From the NCBI RefSeq assembly GCF_009914755.1, contig NC_060928.1: a stretch of 64,000 bases of DNA. One strand, given 5' to 3'. The position numbers and the translations under genes were made by a program. Source of the DNA: the human T2T-CHM13v2.0 reference genome, Homo sapiens. The notes below the pieces were generated by a model. The model was not told the DNA's origin and ran no database searches. It worked only from the letters and a program-made list of their open reading frames with translations. How positions within the stretch are numbered: position 1 is the first letter of the stretch; each line of letters starts with the position of its first letter. Below, piece after piece: positions 18,996 to 37,868 of this stretch.

Positions 18996-21974
18996 TGGTA
19001 TAGGGCACTAAGGGTTTGGAGGTGAGATTTTGTGCTTGCTACCTGATAGTTTGCCTCTTCTACACAAACCAAAACTGGGGAGGAGGAGATCACCAAGCCC
19101 CCAAGCTGAAGTATATCTGTTAAAAAGACCTTGTACCTAGTCTGTCAGTCCAAAGCTTCATATAACTTCACAAAGTGTAAAGCTCAATGTTAATTTAACA
19201 AACTAGTTAATCAAATTTCCTATACTCCTGGCAAACTTATTTCTCTGGTTTATCAGACAGGACAGATTCTTAGGTTTCCATAGGCATCACAGCTATGGCC
19301 TTTGTCATTAAGAGTTAAAAATCAAATTATGCCAGGTGCAGTTGGCACATGCCTATAATCCCAGCTTCTTGGGATGCTAAGATTGAAGCATGACTTAAGC
19401 CCAGGAGTTTGAATCCAGCCTGGGCAACACAGCAAGAACCCATCTCTAAAAATAAAAAATAAAATTTTAAAAAATAAGAAAATCAGATTACTGCATTGTT
19501 TAATAAGGAAAAAAGATTTCCATCTAAAAAGTTAAGAGCTTTAGTATTCAGAAGATTTTAGCTTGTTAGTCCTCTGGAAAACTTACTTAAGTACAACCTC
19601 AAGATAATTTTTTACATGTAGAAGAAAAAGATTAAGTCAAAAGTACAAGTTTTTTTTTTTGTTTGGCATGTTTGCATGCCAAATATGAAATATTTGGAAT
19701 ATATTTAGAAAATGTGAAACAGGACAAATGCATAGTCATCCTAGAGATTATATTATTTTAAACTGTCACATGAAAATTCAAAGCAAAGATATAAACCCAC
19801 AAGGATCTCAGCAGCTAAATACGTAAGAAAAAAACTTAAACAGGCAAGGATTTTAGGTACACCTGCAATATATACCTACTGATTCACAAATTGCCACTCC
19901 GCTCTTAGGAAGAATGTAATAGAACGTAGTATTGAGGTATAAAAATATGGATTATTTATCTTCAGGGAAAAAAATTCACATGAAATAGTCTTTCTTTAAA
20001 ACAACAACAAAGTGATGGGTATTTACATGTAAAAACAGAGGTCACTTCATTTTTATTTTTTGTATTTCACTGATGAATTTTTGAAATTGGAGTTGCTATT
20101 ATTAATAATAGCTCCATATTGTTAACTTTGATATCTGGCCAAAAAACCAGTCCCCCAAAAGTATTCTCTTTCCTATCTTAAATGTATGCTATAAGCCATA
20201 AGCTTTTCTTTACTTCAAATGAAAATCCAGCTACAGCTGTAGACCCCTTGGATTCTGAGTATCTAGAGTGGTTCCCAATTTGGAACTTCTGAAGATTTTG
20301 ATCTAGCAGGTTGGAGTCAGTTCAGGCACCCGTATTTTTAGACGGTTCTCAAGCATAGCCAGCACTGGAAACCGTAGCTAGGTTATCATGCTCAGACCAG
20401 CAGAGGACTGATTCACACAGAAGTTTCAATTTGATTCCATTCAGGGAAGAAAAATTTGCTAATGCCGATAGATTATCACTTAAAAATTAATGACTAATGG
20501 AATATGAAGGAAATCAATCACGGAGAAGAATCATAGACTGCTCAGGCTATTCCTATTATGTTAAGTAAAAAGAAGTGGCCCATGAAAATTGAATAAACTA
20601 GATCTTTGGATCTAAAACATATTTTATTTTTCTCCCTGGTCTGAAGCATAAGCGAGAGAGGATAAAAGGAATCAAGAAGTTATCAAAGGAGAAAGGACTC
20701 TGCCAAAAGAGAAAATTTGTGTTTGACAATCTTATCACCTACCTGTCTCTTCTGAGTAGGAGAAACAAAATTGACTTAATTCCGCTCCAATATCAGCTGC
20801 CATTTATATGAGCTGGAATGCCTTATTATCTATGTATTCCCGCAAGCCACTGCTTTCTGGTATAGGACAGTCACAGTTAAACCTATTTTAGGTCAGAGGG
20901 GTGGAGTCAAGCATACTTAAATAAGCATAGAAGTTTCATGGTAGTAAAATATATCCTATTAGAGGAGGTCACGCTGATCTTCAGCCTAAAAATCACAAGT
21001 GAAATACCTCAATGTTCATCTAAGAATAACCCTAGAAATGCCCATTTTTCTTTTGGTTGTAGCAAAACATATTTCCAAAATTCAAAAAGTTCACAATGAG
21101 ATGGCCAGCAGGGGGCATTAAGGAATCTACTGTTACCATCTCAAAGGGTACGCTAAGAATTATGTTTTCTTCTAATTCATTTATCTCTTCCAAAAGAAAG
21201 AAATTGGAAGTAATTTTCCTTAAACCTGGAATATTTAAACACTTTTGTATATTTTACATGCATTATAATTTGTATAATCTTAGCAGTAAAATTATTACAT
21301 AAATTAATGCACTTTAGTCATATGAAACACAATACTGAGAACTTTTCATTTTAATCCAATAGTACATCCAGATAGAGAAGAACTTATTACTAAAACTTCA
21401 GAAAACCGAAGACTTACAAATGTGAAAAAAGAAAGCTCAGACATAGGTATGCTGCTAATCTTAAATACAGGCAACTTGTTTATTATGAAGTCATGATTTT
21501 TCTAATTTGTACTGTTGGTAATATTTTAATAAACTTTTAAGAAGCTGTGGCATAATAAAGAATATATCTAGTTTTGGTCTCCTGTTCCTGGCACAAAGCA
21601 TCAACAACCTTTGGAACTTCCAGAGACAGAGGCATCTTTGTTGTGTTAATGAGGCTACTCTAGGTGGGTTCCCAGATAGCTTCAGGATAGGGGGTAGTCA
21701 CCGAAAAAGACCGACCATGTGATGAGGGTTGGAGCTTTGTGCCAGTGTGACCTCCATGAAGGAGAGTGGGGCTGGAGGTTGAGTTCCATCTTGCAGCCAA
21801 TGACTTAATCAATCACATCATAAAAACTCTGGCTTAGAGGAAGATTTGGAAGCTCCGTACAATGCAGTTCATGTTTCCTTAGTTCCTTTATAACTTCCCA
21901 CAGACATCACTGCATTAACCTCTACACTTGACTTGTCTTTACTTTTCTATTCTCAAACCTCAGCAACTTTTCTG

Positions 21975-23460
<1,486 letters not shown>

Positions 23461-24236
23461 TAAAAATTATATCCAACAAGAGTGATTTAAACACATTTTC
23501 AAATTTCCATGAGGCACTAGGCATGGTGGTAGGCACCTGTAGTGCCAGCTACTTGGGAGGCTGAGGCAGGAGGATCGCTTGAGCTCAGGAGGTCCACGCC
23601 AGCCTCGGCAACATAGTGAGACCCTGTCTCTTAAAAAAAAAAAAAAAAAAATTCATAAGGCTGAAAAATTATTCAGAATTAAAACCTAGGAGAATTTAAG
23701 ATGAGAGGAACTCACTGTTAGAAAGCATTGTGGAGTATGCCTTCCCCCTGTCACCCCCTGCTGCACATCATCACCCCAAAATAATACTGGGTCCACTGCA
23801 GGGTCTAAATTGGTAAATTTTAAATGTCATTTTGATATATGAAGTCTAACAGAGAAGATCTCTATTGTGTATTACCTAAAATGCTTCCTTATACCTGAGT
23901 TGGTAGAGAATACAGTAGAGAAAGAAGGAAAATGTCTATGCCCACTTCTCACTAAAAGAAATTTAGTAAACACTGGGACTTTCCATATTCACAAATATCC
24001 AGTGAAGATCACCTATGATGAAAAGCAGCTAAATTTTCTCACTAATAATGAGAACAGTCTGTCTTATAATTTTTAGAATATACTGTTTGAATATGGACAC
24101 AAAATTTCTTTTGACTCATATTGAAGTTATTATTGTATTCTTGGTACTTTATGCCATCACAGTTGCTTTAAGTGAATGATAATCAAATACAAGATTTATC
24201 TATGTTTGAATAATTATAAATCATGTTGATTTGTAG

Positions 24237-24600
24237 GTAATCCTTTAGAAGATGCTAAAAGTCATTTACAGATTATAACAGTGAGTAACACAGAGGCCGG
24301 AAAATACTGGTGTGACAGTGAGGTCAGAGCATTGATATGGTCTGATGAAAAAATTAAGCGAATGCTTGAAGGGGCCACAAGAAACAAGAAAATATTTGAG
24401 GAAATTGCCAGAAGATTAATTAATGCAGTTTGGGATAGACAGAGACCGGAAACAATGTCATATGAAATATAAAAATGTAAAATATGAATATAGCATTTTA
24501 CAAAGAAAAAATGGCAACCCTCCAAGAAAAATGAGATTTTATGAAGAAGTTGACTGCATCCTAAGAAAACCAACTCTCAGAACTGCCAAATGGAGACATG
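24237..24600 (+). pseudogene. Nested exon E: frameshifted Myb/SANT-like domain 3
   Basis: ttgtag|GT ... G|GTAAC; two overlapping ORFs (AGKYWCDSEVRALIW...RRL and MQFGIDRDRKQCHMKYKNVKYEY...MRFYEEVDCIL) meet at a TTAA duplication (24416-24423); 364 nt = 360+4. Confidence 0.8.
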
Positions 24601-24930
24601 GTAACTTTGGAATTGACATTAACAAAAAAAATTCTAGACATTCCTCTTTGCATTTTCATTTAGCAAGAGAAAAACTCTTTAAAAATGAAATCCTTACACT
24701 ATTGTATGCTCAAATGACCCTTAAAAATCATTAAAAATAGGTACCTAATTTAAGCCAAGAGTTTCAACTTTTTTCTAAACCTTGTACCAAAATATTCCTA
24801 ATTCTTAACTCATTCTTTATTTGTCCATCTGCTTAAGTTTTCTTATTTTAGTATACCTGAATGCTTGAAAACCATTAATGTGTTTCAAATGATGTCACAT
24901 AATGATTCTTTTCCTGTGTTTTTATTTAAG

Positions 24931-24996
24931 AATTATTTGAAGGTCACAACAAAAGCCAAGGAACTTTGAGCTTCAAGAGAAAAGCACATGAAGATG
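24931..24996 (+). CDS. Nested exon F: linker
   Basis: ttttatttaag|AA; ELFEGHNKSQGTLSFKRKAHED; G|GTAAGA; 66 nt, phase 1-1. Confidence 0.65.
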
Positions 24997-26659
24997 GTAA
25001 GAGCCAGAGAAATAACAAGTTCTTCCACACAGTGGAAACAACTTGTTGCTTTTTCCTGATAACAGAGATATTTATTCCTGTCCTTGATAAATTAGACTAA
25101 ATATATTGTTTATGAACTGTATTAGAGCAGAGAATGCTGAGAAATAATTTATTTCATAGCTCACTGAGTGAAAGTTCCTGCAGGAGCTAGAGTTTATATT
25201 TTAAAAGAAGAAGAAAGAAAAAAGAGTGAGAGTAACACTGAAAGTAAATGAAAACTTGCCCGGAGTTAGGTAACTGTTTGGTTATCATGGTCCTTTAAAT
25301 TGTACTTCACAGTGATTGTTGCAATTATTGTTATCAGATGTAAAAAGAAAAAAATCCACAGTTCTTCAAAGGTAGTCAATAATCAATATAACATTTTAAT
25401 AAGTCTGAAAGTCAAACTCAGAAGCCAACCTAATAATGGGAGCTGTAATTCCAAAATGACCCATCACAGACATCAGAAAAGATAATATAATGCAATATAG
25501 CATGTAGAAGAAAGAAAATGCACATAAGACTAATAAGAAAACCTGAGCTCCAGTCTCTCTTTGACCCTAATTCCTAAACACAGAGCAAATCACTGCATCT
25601 CTCTGGATCTCTAAAATAATCCAGCTTTAATGCCTTATAGATTTATAATTTATGAGATTGTTTTTTAGTTAACACAAAAAATTGAAGAGTAAAACAAAAT
25701 TTTACAAAGTAGACACACCAAATCCACCATTCAGGACATAAAACTTACTAGCACCCTAAAAGCCTCCCAGTCATTAATCATCCTTCCGCCCCCATAAACA
25801 TTATCACTATTCTCACTTCTATCACCATAGATTAGTTTGGGATTCATACTATATGTACTTTTCTTTCATTCAACATTGTTTATGAGATTCACCCATGACT
25901 TTACTCACAACAGTAGTCTGTTATTTTTTATTACTGTAGAATAGTCCATTGTAAAAATATACATCCCAGCCAGGTGCAGTGGCTCAGGTCTATAATTCCA
26001 GCACTGCCTTGGAGGCCAAGGCAGGAGGATCACTTGAACTCAGGAGTTCAAGACCAGTCTGGGCAACATAGTGAAACCCCCCATCTCAATATTTACTTAA
26101 TAAATAAACGTATATCCCATTACTTTTTCAAATCTATTTCACTGTTGGACATTTCAGCTGTTTCCAGATTGGGGCTTTTTTGAAAAATTGCATGTCTCTC
26201 AATGGACATATGTATGCATTTCTGTTGAATACATACCCAGAAGTGGAAGGCAGGGTCATAGGGCATGCATATATCCAAGCACTGTTCTAAGCACTTTACA
26301 TATATTAACATATTTAGTCCCAATCACAATCCTATAAGGTAGGTGCTATTATTAAACCCAATGTACAGATGAGGAAACTGAGGCATAGAGAAGTCTACGC
26401 TCCTGAACCAATAAGGTCTCTGCGAGGGCAGGGACCACATCTGCCCTGTATGGTAAAGTATTCCCAGTGTCTACCACAGTGCCTTAGTAATATACTTAGA
26501 TGTACATTATTCCTATTTGTTGAGCTTCTGCTCAACAAATACATTTTGAATAAAGTATTAGCAAATAGCAAGAATTCCTTTTCCCCTTATAACCTTTTAT
26601 CTCAAGTGAACTGAAAAGTGTATTTTTCTATGTCTGGATATAAATGCAAGTCAGATAAA

Positions 26660-26730
26660 ACTCTTGTGCGGTTAACCCTTAGCAGTTTCTCCTTTCAGGT
26701 TAAACTGCTAAGGGTTAACCGCACAAGAGT
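26660..26730. repeat. Perfect 29-bp inverted repeat with a 13-nt loop
   Basis: actcttgtgcggttaacccttagcagttt (26660-26688) / aaactgctaagggttaaccgcacaagagt (26702-26730). Confidence 0.95.
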
Positions 26731-27411
26731 ATCATTCTGAACCCACTGAATTTGAACATTAGACCTTACAATATATAAGTCTAGGCCAACAGATGAGGAA
26801 ACAGACTCAGAAGTTAGAAGACTTGCCCAAGATTAAACTGATGTTACTGGAAAACCTGGGGCTAGATTTCAGTTTGTATGTTAAGGAGCTCTTCCCAATA
26901 TTGACCAGAATGACCAAGCAGTGGTACTTGGAGACTTTTGGGGGCAGGTAAATTCTGCTTCAGACTAATGCAAAAAGCTAAGTTCTAAAAAAAAAAGTTA
27001 TAAATGGAAGGATTGAAAACACTTATTTTAAAGGAAGAATCACTGAATTATAAAATAACTAAAATCAAAGACTGGAACAATTTGCAAGGACACTTAAAAT
27101 AAGTCACTCCCTCAAACCAAAATTTACTTGACTCAGATAAAGGTTATAGATTATGGGAGTATAAAAGTTAAACACTATAGGAATGTTACATATTTGATCA
27201 TTTTCAGTCAAATATGAAAATCAAAATTAAGTAAGATATTCCCTGCCTTAATTTGGCAGCCCAAAGTAAGTTCTCTGACAATCAAATCCTGTGTTCTCCA
27301 CAAAACTAAATGAAGATTAACTGGGAACTAGATCCATATAAGTCTGACTGAGTGCATCTCTCATTCTCACAAGTGCCTTTCCAGTGGTAATGTTCTGTAC
27401 TCTGTTTGCAG

Positions 27412-27539
27412 AACCAGTGTCTAAATCTCTTAAGAAAAGTGCTCCTGAGATCATTACAAATCAGTTTCCTCAAAGCGTAATAACAGAACCAAAAGATTCT
27501 ACAGAATGTTTCTGCAGACAGAAAACCCAACTTCATCAG
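27412..27539 (+). CDS. Nested exon G: linker ending in phase 0
   Basis: tctgtttgcag|AA; EPVSKSLKKSAPEIITNQFPQSVITEPKDSTECFCRQKTQLHQ; CAG|GTAAAT; 128 nt, phase 1 to 0. Confidence 0.65.
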
Positions 27540-28236
27540 GTAAATCTTATAAATTTTTAGAAGTATGAAAATGTTTGTCATTGTAAGGTTCAATTCCTAA
27601 CCAGGAGAAGTGATAATTCATTGAATGGAAGGGCATGGTTATCTCCTAATCAAGGAAAGGCTAATTAGCTGATTCATGGCATAAATCTACAGACATTTAC
27701 TAATTCCTTTTATGGAATCTTCAAATATGTCCAGGCCATTCTAGTCTCCATAAAATGTGACTGTGTTTTAAAGATGAAAATGTTTATTCTAAGAAGGGGT
27801 GTCTGGTTTGTTCAGAACTCTGCAAACTACTGAAATGATGTTTTCAGGACCAAAACAGCATTTGGTGATTATATAAATCAGGCATGAACATACCCACACA
27901 CATGCATGCACAGTTTACAGCTAAGAGGACATGTGAAAATTCCCCTACAGAAAGCAGAGCTACGGAATAAATCTGAAGACAGCCAGAACTACTAAAAACG
28001 GGGAGTACATCTGGATGAACCCATCTGGGTTAAATATCCAGTGCATGACTGGCTTAACTAATTGATACTCTATTTATTTTTATATGAAATGGCTAATATA
28101 CCTTCCAGGTATTCTGTTAACCCCAGGACTAAATGTTTCAGATTAGATTATACCCAAGACAAAAAACTGGACCAAATACAAAACAAAAGTGATAGAAATC
28201 TCACCTTCTAGATTCCATCTTCTTAAAGATAAGGTT

Positions 28237-28825
<589 letters not shown>

Positions 28826-29682
28826 TCATCAAAAAGGAAAAAAACACAATCAAACCTTTTTGCAGTTGTTTTAAAACTAACCAGTGAGTGAATGAGGGTG
28901 AGAAAGTGAAAACAGAGCTTTCTGCAACAGACCACCACTTCTCAGAGTACGATATATATATACATATATATATACACACACGTATTTTATATATATATAT
29001 ATAAAACTAAACTAAAAGAAAAAGTTCTTAGTTTTATTCTGGCCCTTATCTATCAGTTTCGAGCAGCAGATAATTGTATTTCCAAGACATAAGGGAGTGT
29101 CATTGTTCTTCCAAGCAGAATCAGTCCTCCCAAAGGATGAGCACTTTAGCTCATGTAAAATTTTGAATTGATTATGGGTGAGAACCAGCCCTCTTTGTGC
29201 ACCTTAATGATTCTATGCCTACACAAGAGAAATGTTAAATTGTTTTTCAGTAATACATTTGTTCCTCAAAACCACATAATCACATCATTATTGCCCTTAT
29301 CTGGTATTATTTAATCTTACAATTCTTTCACAGAAAAGCAACTATAGAAAACAGATATATGTAACCAGGAATCAAATGGTATTCATTAAAAAAAAAAAAA
29401 AGAAAAAAAAAACCTATAACCATGAATACCAAGTATTTTCCTAAACTGGGTACTAAAACTCCAACCAGTGCTAACATGTAAGTTAAAAAAAAAAAAAAGC
29501 CTCTTTTTCTTCAGGCACACATTTAAAGGGAAGGAGAAAGGGGGATGAAAATTTCTTGAATAACTTTGGCAAAAAAAGTAAATATAGTGAAGTACAGTTC
29601 ATACATATTTTCTACAGACCACCAGGCAACCCTAAAGACCTCTAGATTCTCCCTCACCCCCATGACAGAGTATCCAAAATAA

Positions 29683-29979
<297 letters not shown>

Positions 29980-31339
29980 ATAGTTTCTAAGAATGTTACA
30001 AACTAATGTTGCTCACAACTACCACATAATCAAGAGTTTACTTTCTCCTTGGATTACGTAACTAATTTTCTCAATAAACTTTTTTTAAAAAAAACAAGAA
30101 ATCTATTATGGTCAACCCACAATTATCCAAGATTGGAGCTACGCAAGTTAAAAATATTCTTTTTGATGCTTCCCACATTCTCAGCTCTTTAGTAAACAAG
30201 GAACACACAAAATGTGAAACTGAAATTGAAGTACCTGGGACAATGAAAACAGCAAAAAATACTTCTAATTTAAGTTTGGTGGAGGAAAAGCTAATCTTTT
30301 GGAATGCGTTTATACGTGTTGCACCCATTTTGCTGTTACGTGTTATTGCCAAGTTCCTTAACTGTAGTGTAAGTTGTTACCACTGTATTGCCTTATGGAA
30401 ACTGTAATACTTTCAGTAAGAATATCAAACCCAGGTTTGTTTTTCTTATCCTAGTGTAATAATTTATATCAACTTCCAGTTAAGTCAGGTAGTAAGAAAA
30501 GGAAAGATCACCGAAGCAAAGTAATTTTTTTTAACTCGAAAGGATCTCCCAATTTTTCAAAATCAAGTGTATGGATCTTGGCATAGAGACACTACTCCCC
30601 TGTCCCCCTTTTGAAGAAGGGAGTTAATTTTTGTCATGTTATTACCAACGTTTTCATTCATTAGGCAAGACGTCTACCAATGAATCTTTTCCAGATGCAC
30701 TGTTCCCTATGGTTGGCTTATTTCCATTTAATTTATGTGAGATCTACTACCAGTAGTCATTCTCAACATCAACTAGTCATCTTTCCCTGGGTCTGAAGTC
30801 TAGCATCCTCAAGTTCCCATAGCGATAACTACTTTCAAACCCATAATCTGCTCAATAGCTCTGCCCTTGCAAACAAAAGCTTGTGGTGGTTGGAGGCCCC
30901 GCGCGAAAACCTTTAGGTGTTGAAGGACCTGGACTGGCCGCCACGCCACACTAGCCTATTACAGGAGCAGCCACAGGCTCCGGGAGACTAGAACCCGCCT
31001 GCAGTCGGGGAGGAGCCCTGACCCAGCTAGACCAAGCAAACCGGCGGTTTACAAGCTGGCCAGCCTCTGGATGGGTGCACACACCGGGGGGCGGGGAGGG
31101 AGAGAGCCCCTAAAAGGCATAAGTGGCTGGGAGGGTGGGCAGGACAGGCTAAAGTTCATGGAAGCGAGGTGCCCCTCGTGCACGCCTAGGCAACCCGGTC
31201 GACGCCACAGGCAGGTACTGGCTTAGGTCGGAGAGGTCGGTCCTCCCGGGCCCTCGGGCGCTCATGAGAACGCCGACTGCGGGAAGCGGCTCCGAGAGAT
31301 GGAGACGCACGCCCCCGCCACCCCCACCCTGTTGCTCAC

Positions 31340-31467
31340 CGGTGCTGCAGCCCCACGAGTCCCAGAGTGATCACATGCGGTACATCCAGCTGCGTGGGCC
31401 ACTCTCCTGAGGCGATGCACCCGAACACGCCACATTCCTCTCGGATCCCCAACTCCTCCAGCTCCAT
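31340..31467 (-). CDS. PPAT: PPAT coding exon 1 (amidophosphoribosyltransferase; propeptide [11 protein letters not shown] then catalytic Ntn Cys, CGVFG)
   Basis: Translates [43 protein letters not shown]; 128 nt; donor CG|GTGAG at 31339. Confidence 0.97.
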
Positions 31468-32231
31468 GTCGCCGCCGAAAGCACGTGGAAGGACCTGCCG
31501 CTGCGGCCAAGGTGTAAGCACCAACCAGCTGCCAGCTCGGCCCGTCGAGCTCAGAAGCTCGCGCTCGCGACAGGCTCTTCCTTCCCGAGGGTGGCCCCAG
31601 CTACTGCGGCGGCGCGCGCTGTCCCTAGGTGGCGTGGCCAGCTCAGCCCTGCTCCTCCCCCTCCGAGTCCACCAACGAGCGAGGGCGGAGGGGCGGTCCC
31701 GCGGCTGAGGGGCGGGGTCACGGATGCTGTAGGGTGGAGCTAGCCTTCCCCTAAGAGCTGCCTGGAAAGCTGTATTTGCTGCACGTGGAAATCTCCGTTA
31801 TTTTCCAGCACCCAACAGTAGCGTAATGGGAGTAACGGACTTAACCTCATTTCTCTTTCAGAGCATTTAGCCTTCATATGCCCTTCCCTGCATGCTTCCC
31901 CCAGGCCGTCAAGACTTGGTACGCTCCAACTTCTGAGTCGCTCCCGCAGCCGAGAAGGGGCCGGGGTATGCGAGCTTCCGCAGAGTGGGGAGGGGCCGCC
32001 AGTGCGCGCCACTTTTCGCCTGTCCGGGCACTGCGCCAGCGCGGGGCGGCCCGGAGGCGGGGTCGCGTCTCTGCGCCTGCGCGGCGGGAAGCCAGTGGGG
32101 CGTTGTTTCGTCCGATATCCGCGTTTCAGTCTCCGCCCATACCCCTCCGGGTTAGGCGGCTGTAGCGGAGCTCGAAAAGAGTGGCGCAGGGTCGCGCGGC
32201 CCCGCCTCCTTCCCCGCCCAGCGAAGCTCTC

Positions 32232-32302
32232 TGACCACCCCTCTTTTCTAGAGTTCTGCCTCGCTTCCCGGCGCGGTCGCAGCCCTCAGCCCACTTAGGA
32301 TA
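32232..32302 (+). other. PAICS: Splice acceptor (AG 32250-32251) with a 17-codon open frame into the PAICS ATG
   Basis: Branch-like CTGAC, tract CCCCTCTTTTCTAG; 32252-32302 reads SSASLPGAVAALSPLRI then ATG. Confidence 0.75.
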
Positions 32303-32318
32303 ATGGCGACAGCTGAGG
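32303..32318 (+). CDS. PAICS: PAICS coding exon 1 (MATAE)
   Basis: ATGGCGACAGCTGAGG|GTGAGT; phase 1, matching exon 2. Confidence 0.93.
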
Positions 32319-32671
32319 GTGAGTAACAGGGATCCGGGCCCTTCACGGTCTCCCTGACCCCCAGGCCGTGAGCTCGCGGCCACGTGCGAGCCGCGAAACT
32401 CTGTCCCGCCTCCCTGCAGCAGCGCCTCTAGGCAGCCGCGCGGGCGCACACGTGGCCCAGGCGCTCCCGGGCCTCCCCGAACTTTACTGCCTCGGGGATG
32501 GGGAGAAGGAGCAAAGTAGAGGAGAACGAGAAATGGCCAAGGGGTGGAAAGGTGCCTGGAAGTATTATTTATAATCAATAGCTATTGCAAAATACAAGCA
32601 AATCAGTCTTGATTCGTCAAAACCTGAGTCTTGCTTTGCCCGTTAGGTTAATGACCTTTCTAAGAAGGTTA

Positions 32672-35933
<3,262 letters not shown>

Positions 35934-37670
35934 GACGTTTCTTGTTCAAGTTACTGCAACAGCATCCTAACTGGTCTTCCAAGCTCTAGTTTTTGTTCAC
36001 TCACCCCTTCCTCCCTTCATTGTCCATACAGAAGCCGTAATGATCTTTCCAAATAGCGTTTTGCTTTAGCACTTAAAAGCCTTATAGCTCTTCTTGGGTT
36101 AAAGTCTAAACTCAATCAGCATGGCTTGTGAAACAAGAAGGATGTGTAGCAAAATGGAAGGGAAGTTTTCCAGGCCTAGGAAAGAAGAGATTGTCAGAAG
36201 CTAGGGGAAGATTGTATAAGAATTAAAGATGTTGGAGTTCTAGATAGGAAATAGACAAATAAGAGTTTGGAGCAGTAAGCCAGGGCTGTATCTTAAAGGG
36301 ACTTTTAAACCATGTTAATGAGTCTAGACATTACATTAGGGAGGGTAGAGATTCATCCTCTAAATTAGGTGCCCTACAGTGGCAACTGTTAACTAAATTA
36401 CAACTACTTTGTTTAATGGTTACCTCCACTAGCTGGTGATGTGGCCCCTGTCCAACTCTTAAGTCTTGTCTCCTGCCATTCTTTAGCTGCAGCCCCCACC
36501 CCTTCCCCTGCCCAACAGCAATGTACATATACCCAGAGCTCCAGCTCCAACCAGACTGAAGTTCTGCAATCCACTTTGACCACCTTGTATTTATTCATCA
36601 ACACTACCTACCCCTTTCTCTCCTTTGGCTAAATTTCGATGATTCTTCAGATTTCAACCTGTCACTTTCTTGTAGACTTCTTTTTCTAATGTCTAGACTA
36701 GTCCCATAGTCTGTATTTATTGCATTCTATTATTATGATGTCTTATTTAATATCAGCTCCCCTCAGACTCAGGTCTCTTGAGAGCAGGAATTATTATTTA
36801 CTGGTACATCCCTTGGCACATGGATACACCGGGAAAATGTTGATACTGAGAGTGTTGTGGAAGTATGAGGGTTGATTTCTCTCTTTCGAAATTTTAAGTT
36901 CCTAAACATCTGTTATCTTTACTCTTTCTCTAAATCATCCTTTTGTGTACTTCTTAGGTTTTGTGACCAGCATCAAAATTGGATTCCTTTGTGCTCACTT
37001 CCTCACAATTTCTTACAACTGTTAGTGAAGAGAAAGGATTAATGGGGGCAGGGACAGGATTAAGAAATAGAGAGGGATGCTTCCAAATGTGCTAACTTCA
37101 ATGGGATGGCATGCCTCCTCTTGAATATTAACTTGAAATCAAGAAACTCATCTGGCTGAATGTTCCCATTTTGCCTACAAAAAAGCAAATATCAGCAAAA
37201 ATCGCATATTTTTTCCTGCAAGATAGTTTAGATACTATACTGTGAGTGTGTCTGTGAAAATACTAGTATAGTTACATTACTTTAAGTGGGTCTTAATTAA
37301 TTTTAATTCTAGTTCAGTTCTGCTATGAGAGGCAGGTTAATAGTGGAAAGAGCACAGGATTTGATGTCAGAGGAGTTAGGATTTTATCTACCTCTTATAT
37401 TTCCTAACTGCATGACCCTCAACCCTTTTGATTTCTGCTTTACTAATTTCTACAATTATTTATGTAATTAAAATTCTTCACAAAATCATGTGAATCAAAT
37501 GTGATGGTATGAGAAATACATTGTAGAGTATATGGTTTTATACAGATGATTTAATTTTTATTAATATTACTTAATCACTGTATATTTACAGATTAATTGT
37601 TCTAGGTGATTTAGTCTTCAGCATTCAGGAAGTTTCTGAATTTTGGTCTATTTCCATTTTATTTCCACAG

Positions 37671-37868
37671 TACTGAACATTGGTAAAAAATTATATGAGG
37701 GTAAAACAAAAGAAGTCTACGAATTGTTAGACAGTCCAGGAAAAGTCCTCCTGCAGTCCAAGGACCAGATTACAGCAGGAAATGCAGCTAGAAAAAACCA
37801 CCTGGAAGGAAAAGCTGCAATCTCAAATAAAATCACCAGTTGTATTTTTCAGTTATTACAGGAAGCAG
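37671..37868 (+). CDS. PAICS: PAICS exon 2 (SAICAR synthetase domain)
   Basis: cacag|TA; [20 protein letters not shown]...FQLLQEA; G|GTAAG; 198 nt. Confidence 0.97.

Larger units (their letters stand above)
30890..32500. promoter_or_regulatory. PPAT/PAICS bidirectional CpG-island promoter
   Basis: CpG-rich; divergent ATGs 836 bp apart; CACGTG E-boxes at 31482, 31782, 32381, 32449; NRF1-like TGCGCCTGCGC 32072-32082; E2F-like GGCGGGAA 32083-32090; several GGGCGG boxes. Confidence 0.9.

Noticed and set aside
31481-31790. Identical GCACGTGGAA E-box 10-mers exactly 300 bp apart
   Set aside because: Fits known MYC-type regulation of this promoter; the exact spacing is probably coincidence.
31262-32578. 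Multiple GC-rich ORFs on both strands in the promoter
   Set aside because: Expected from stop-codon scarcity in a CpG island; no recognisable domains.
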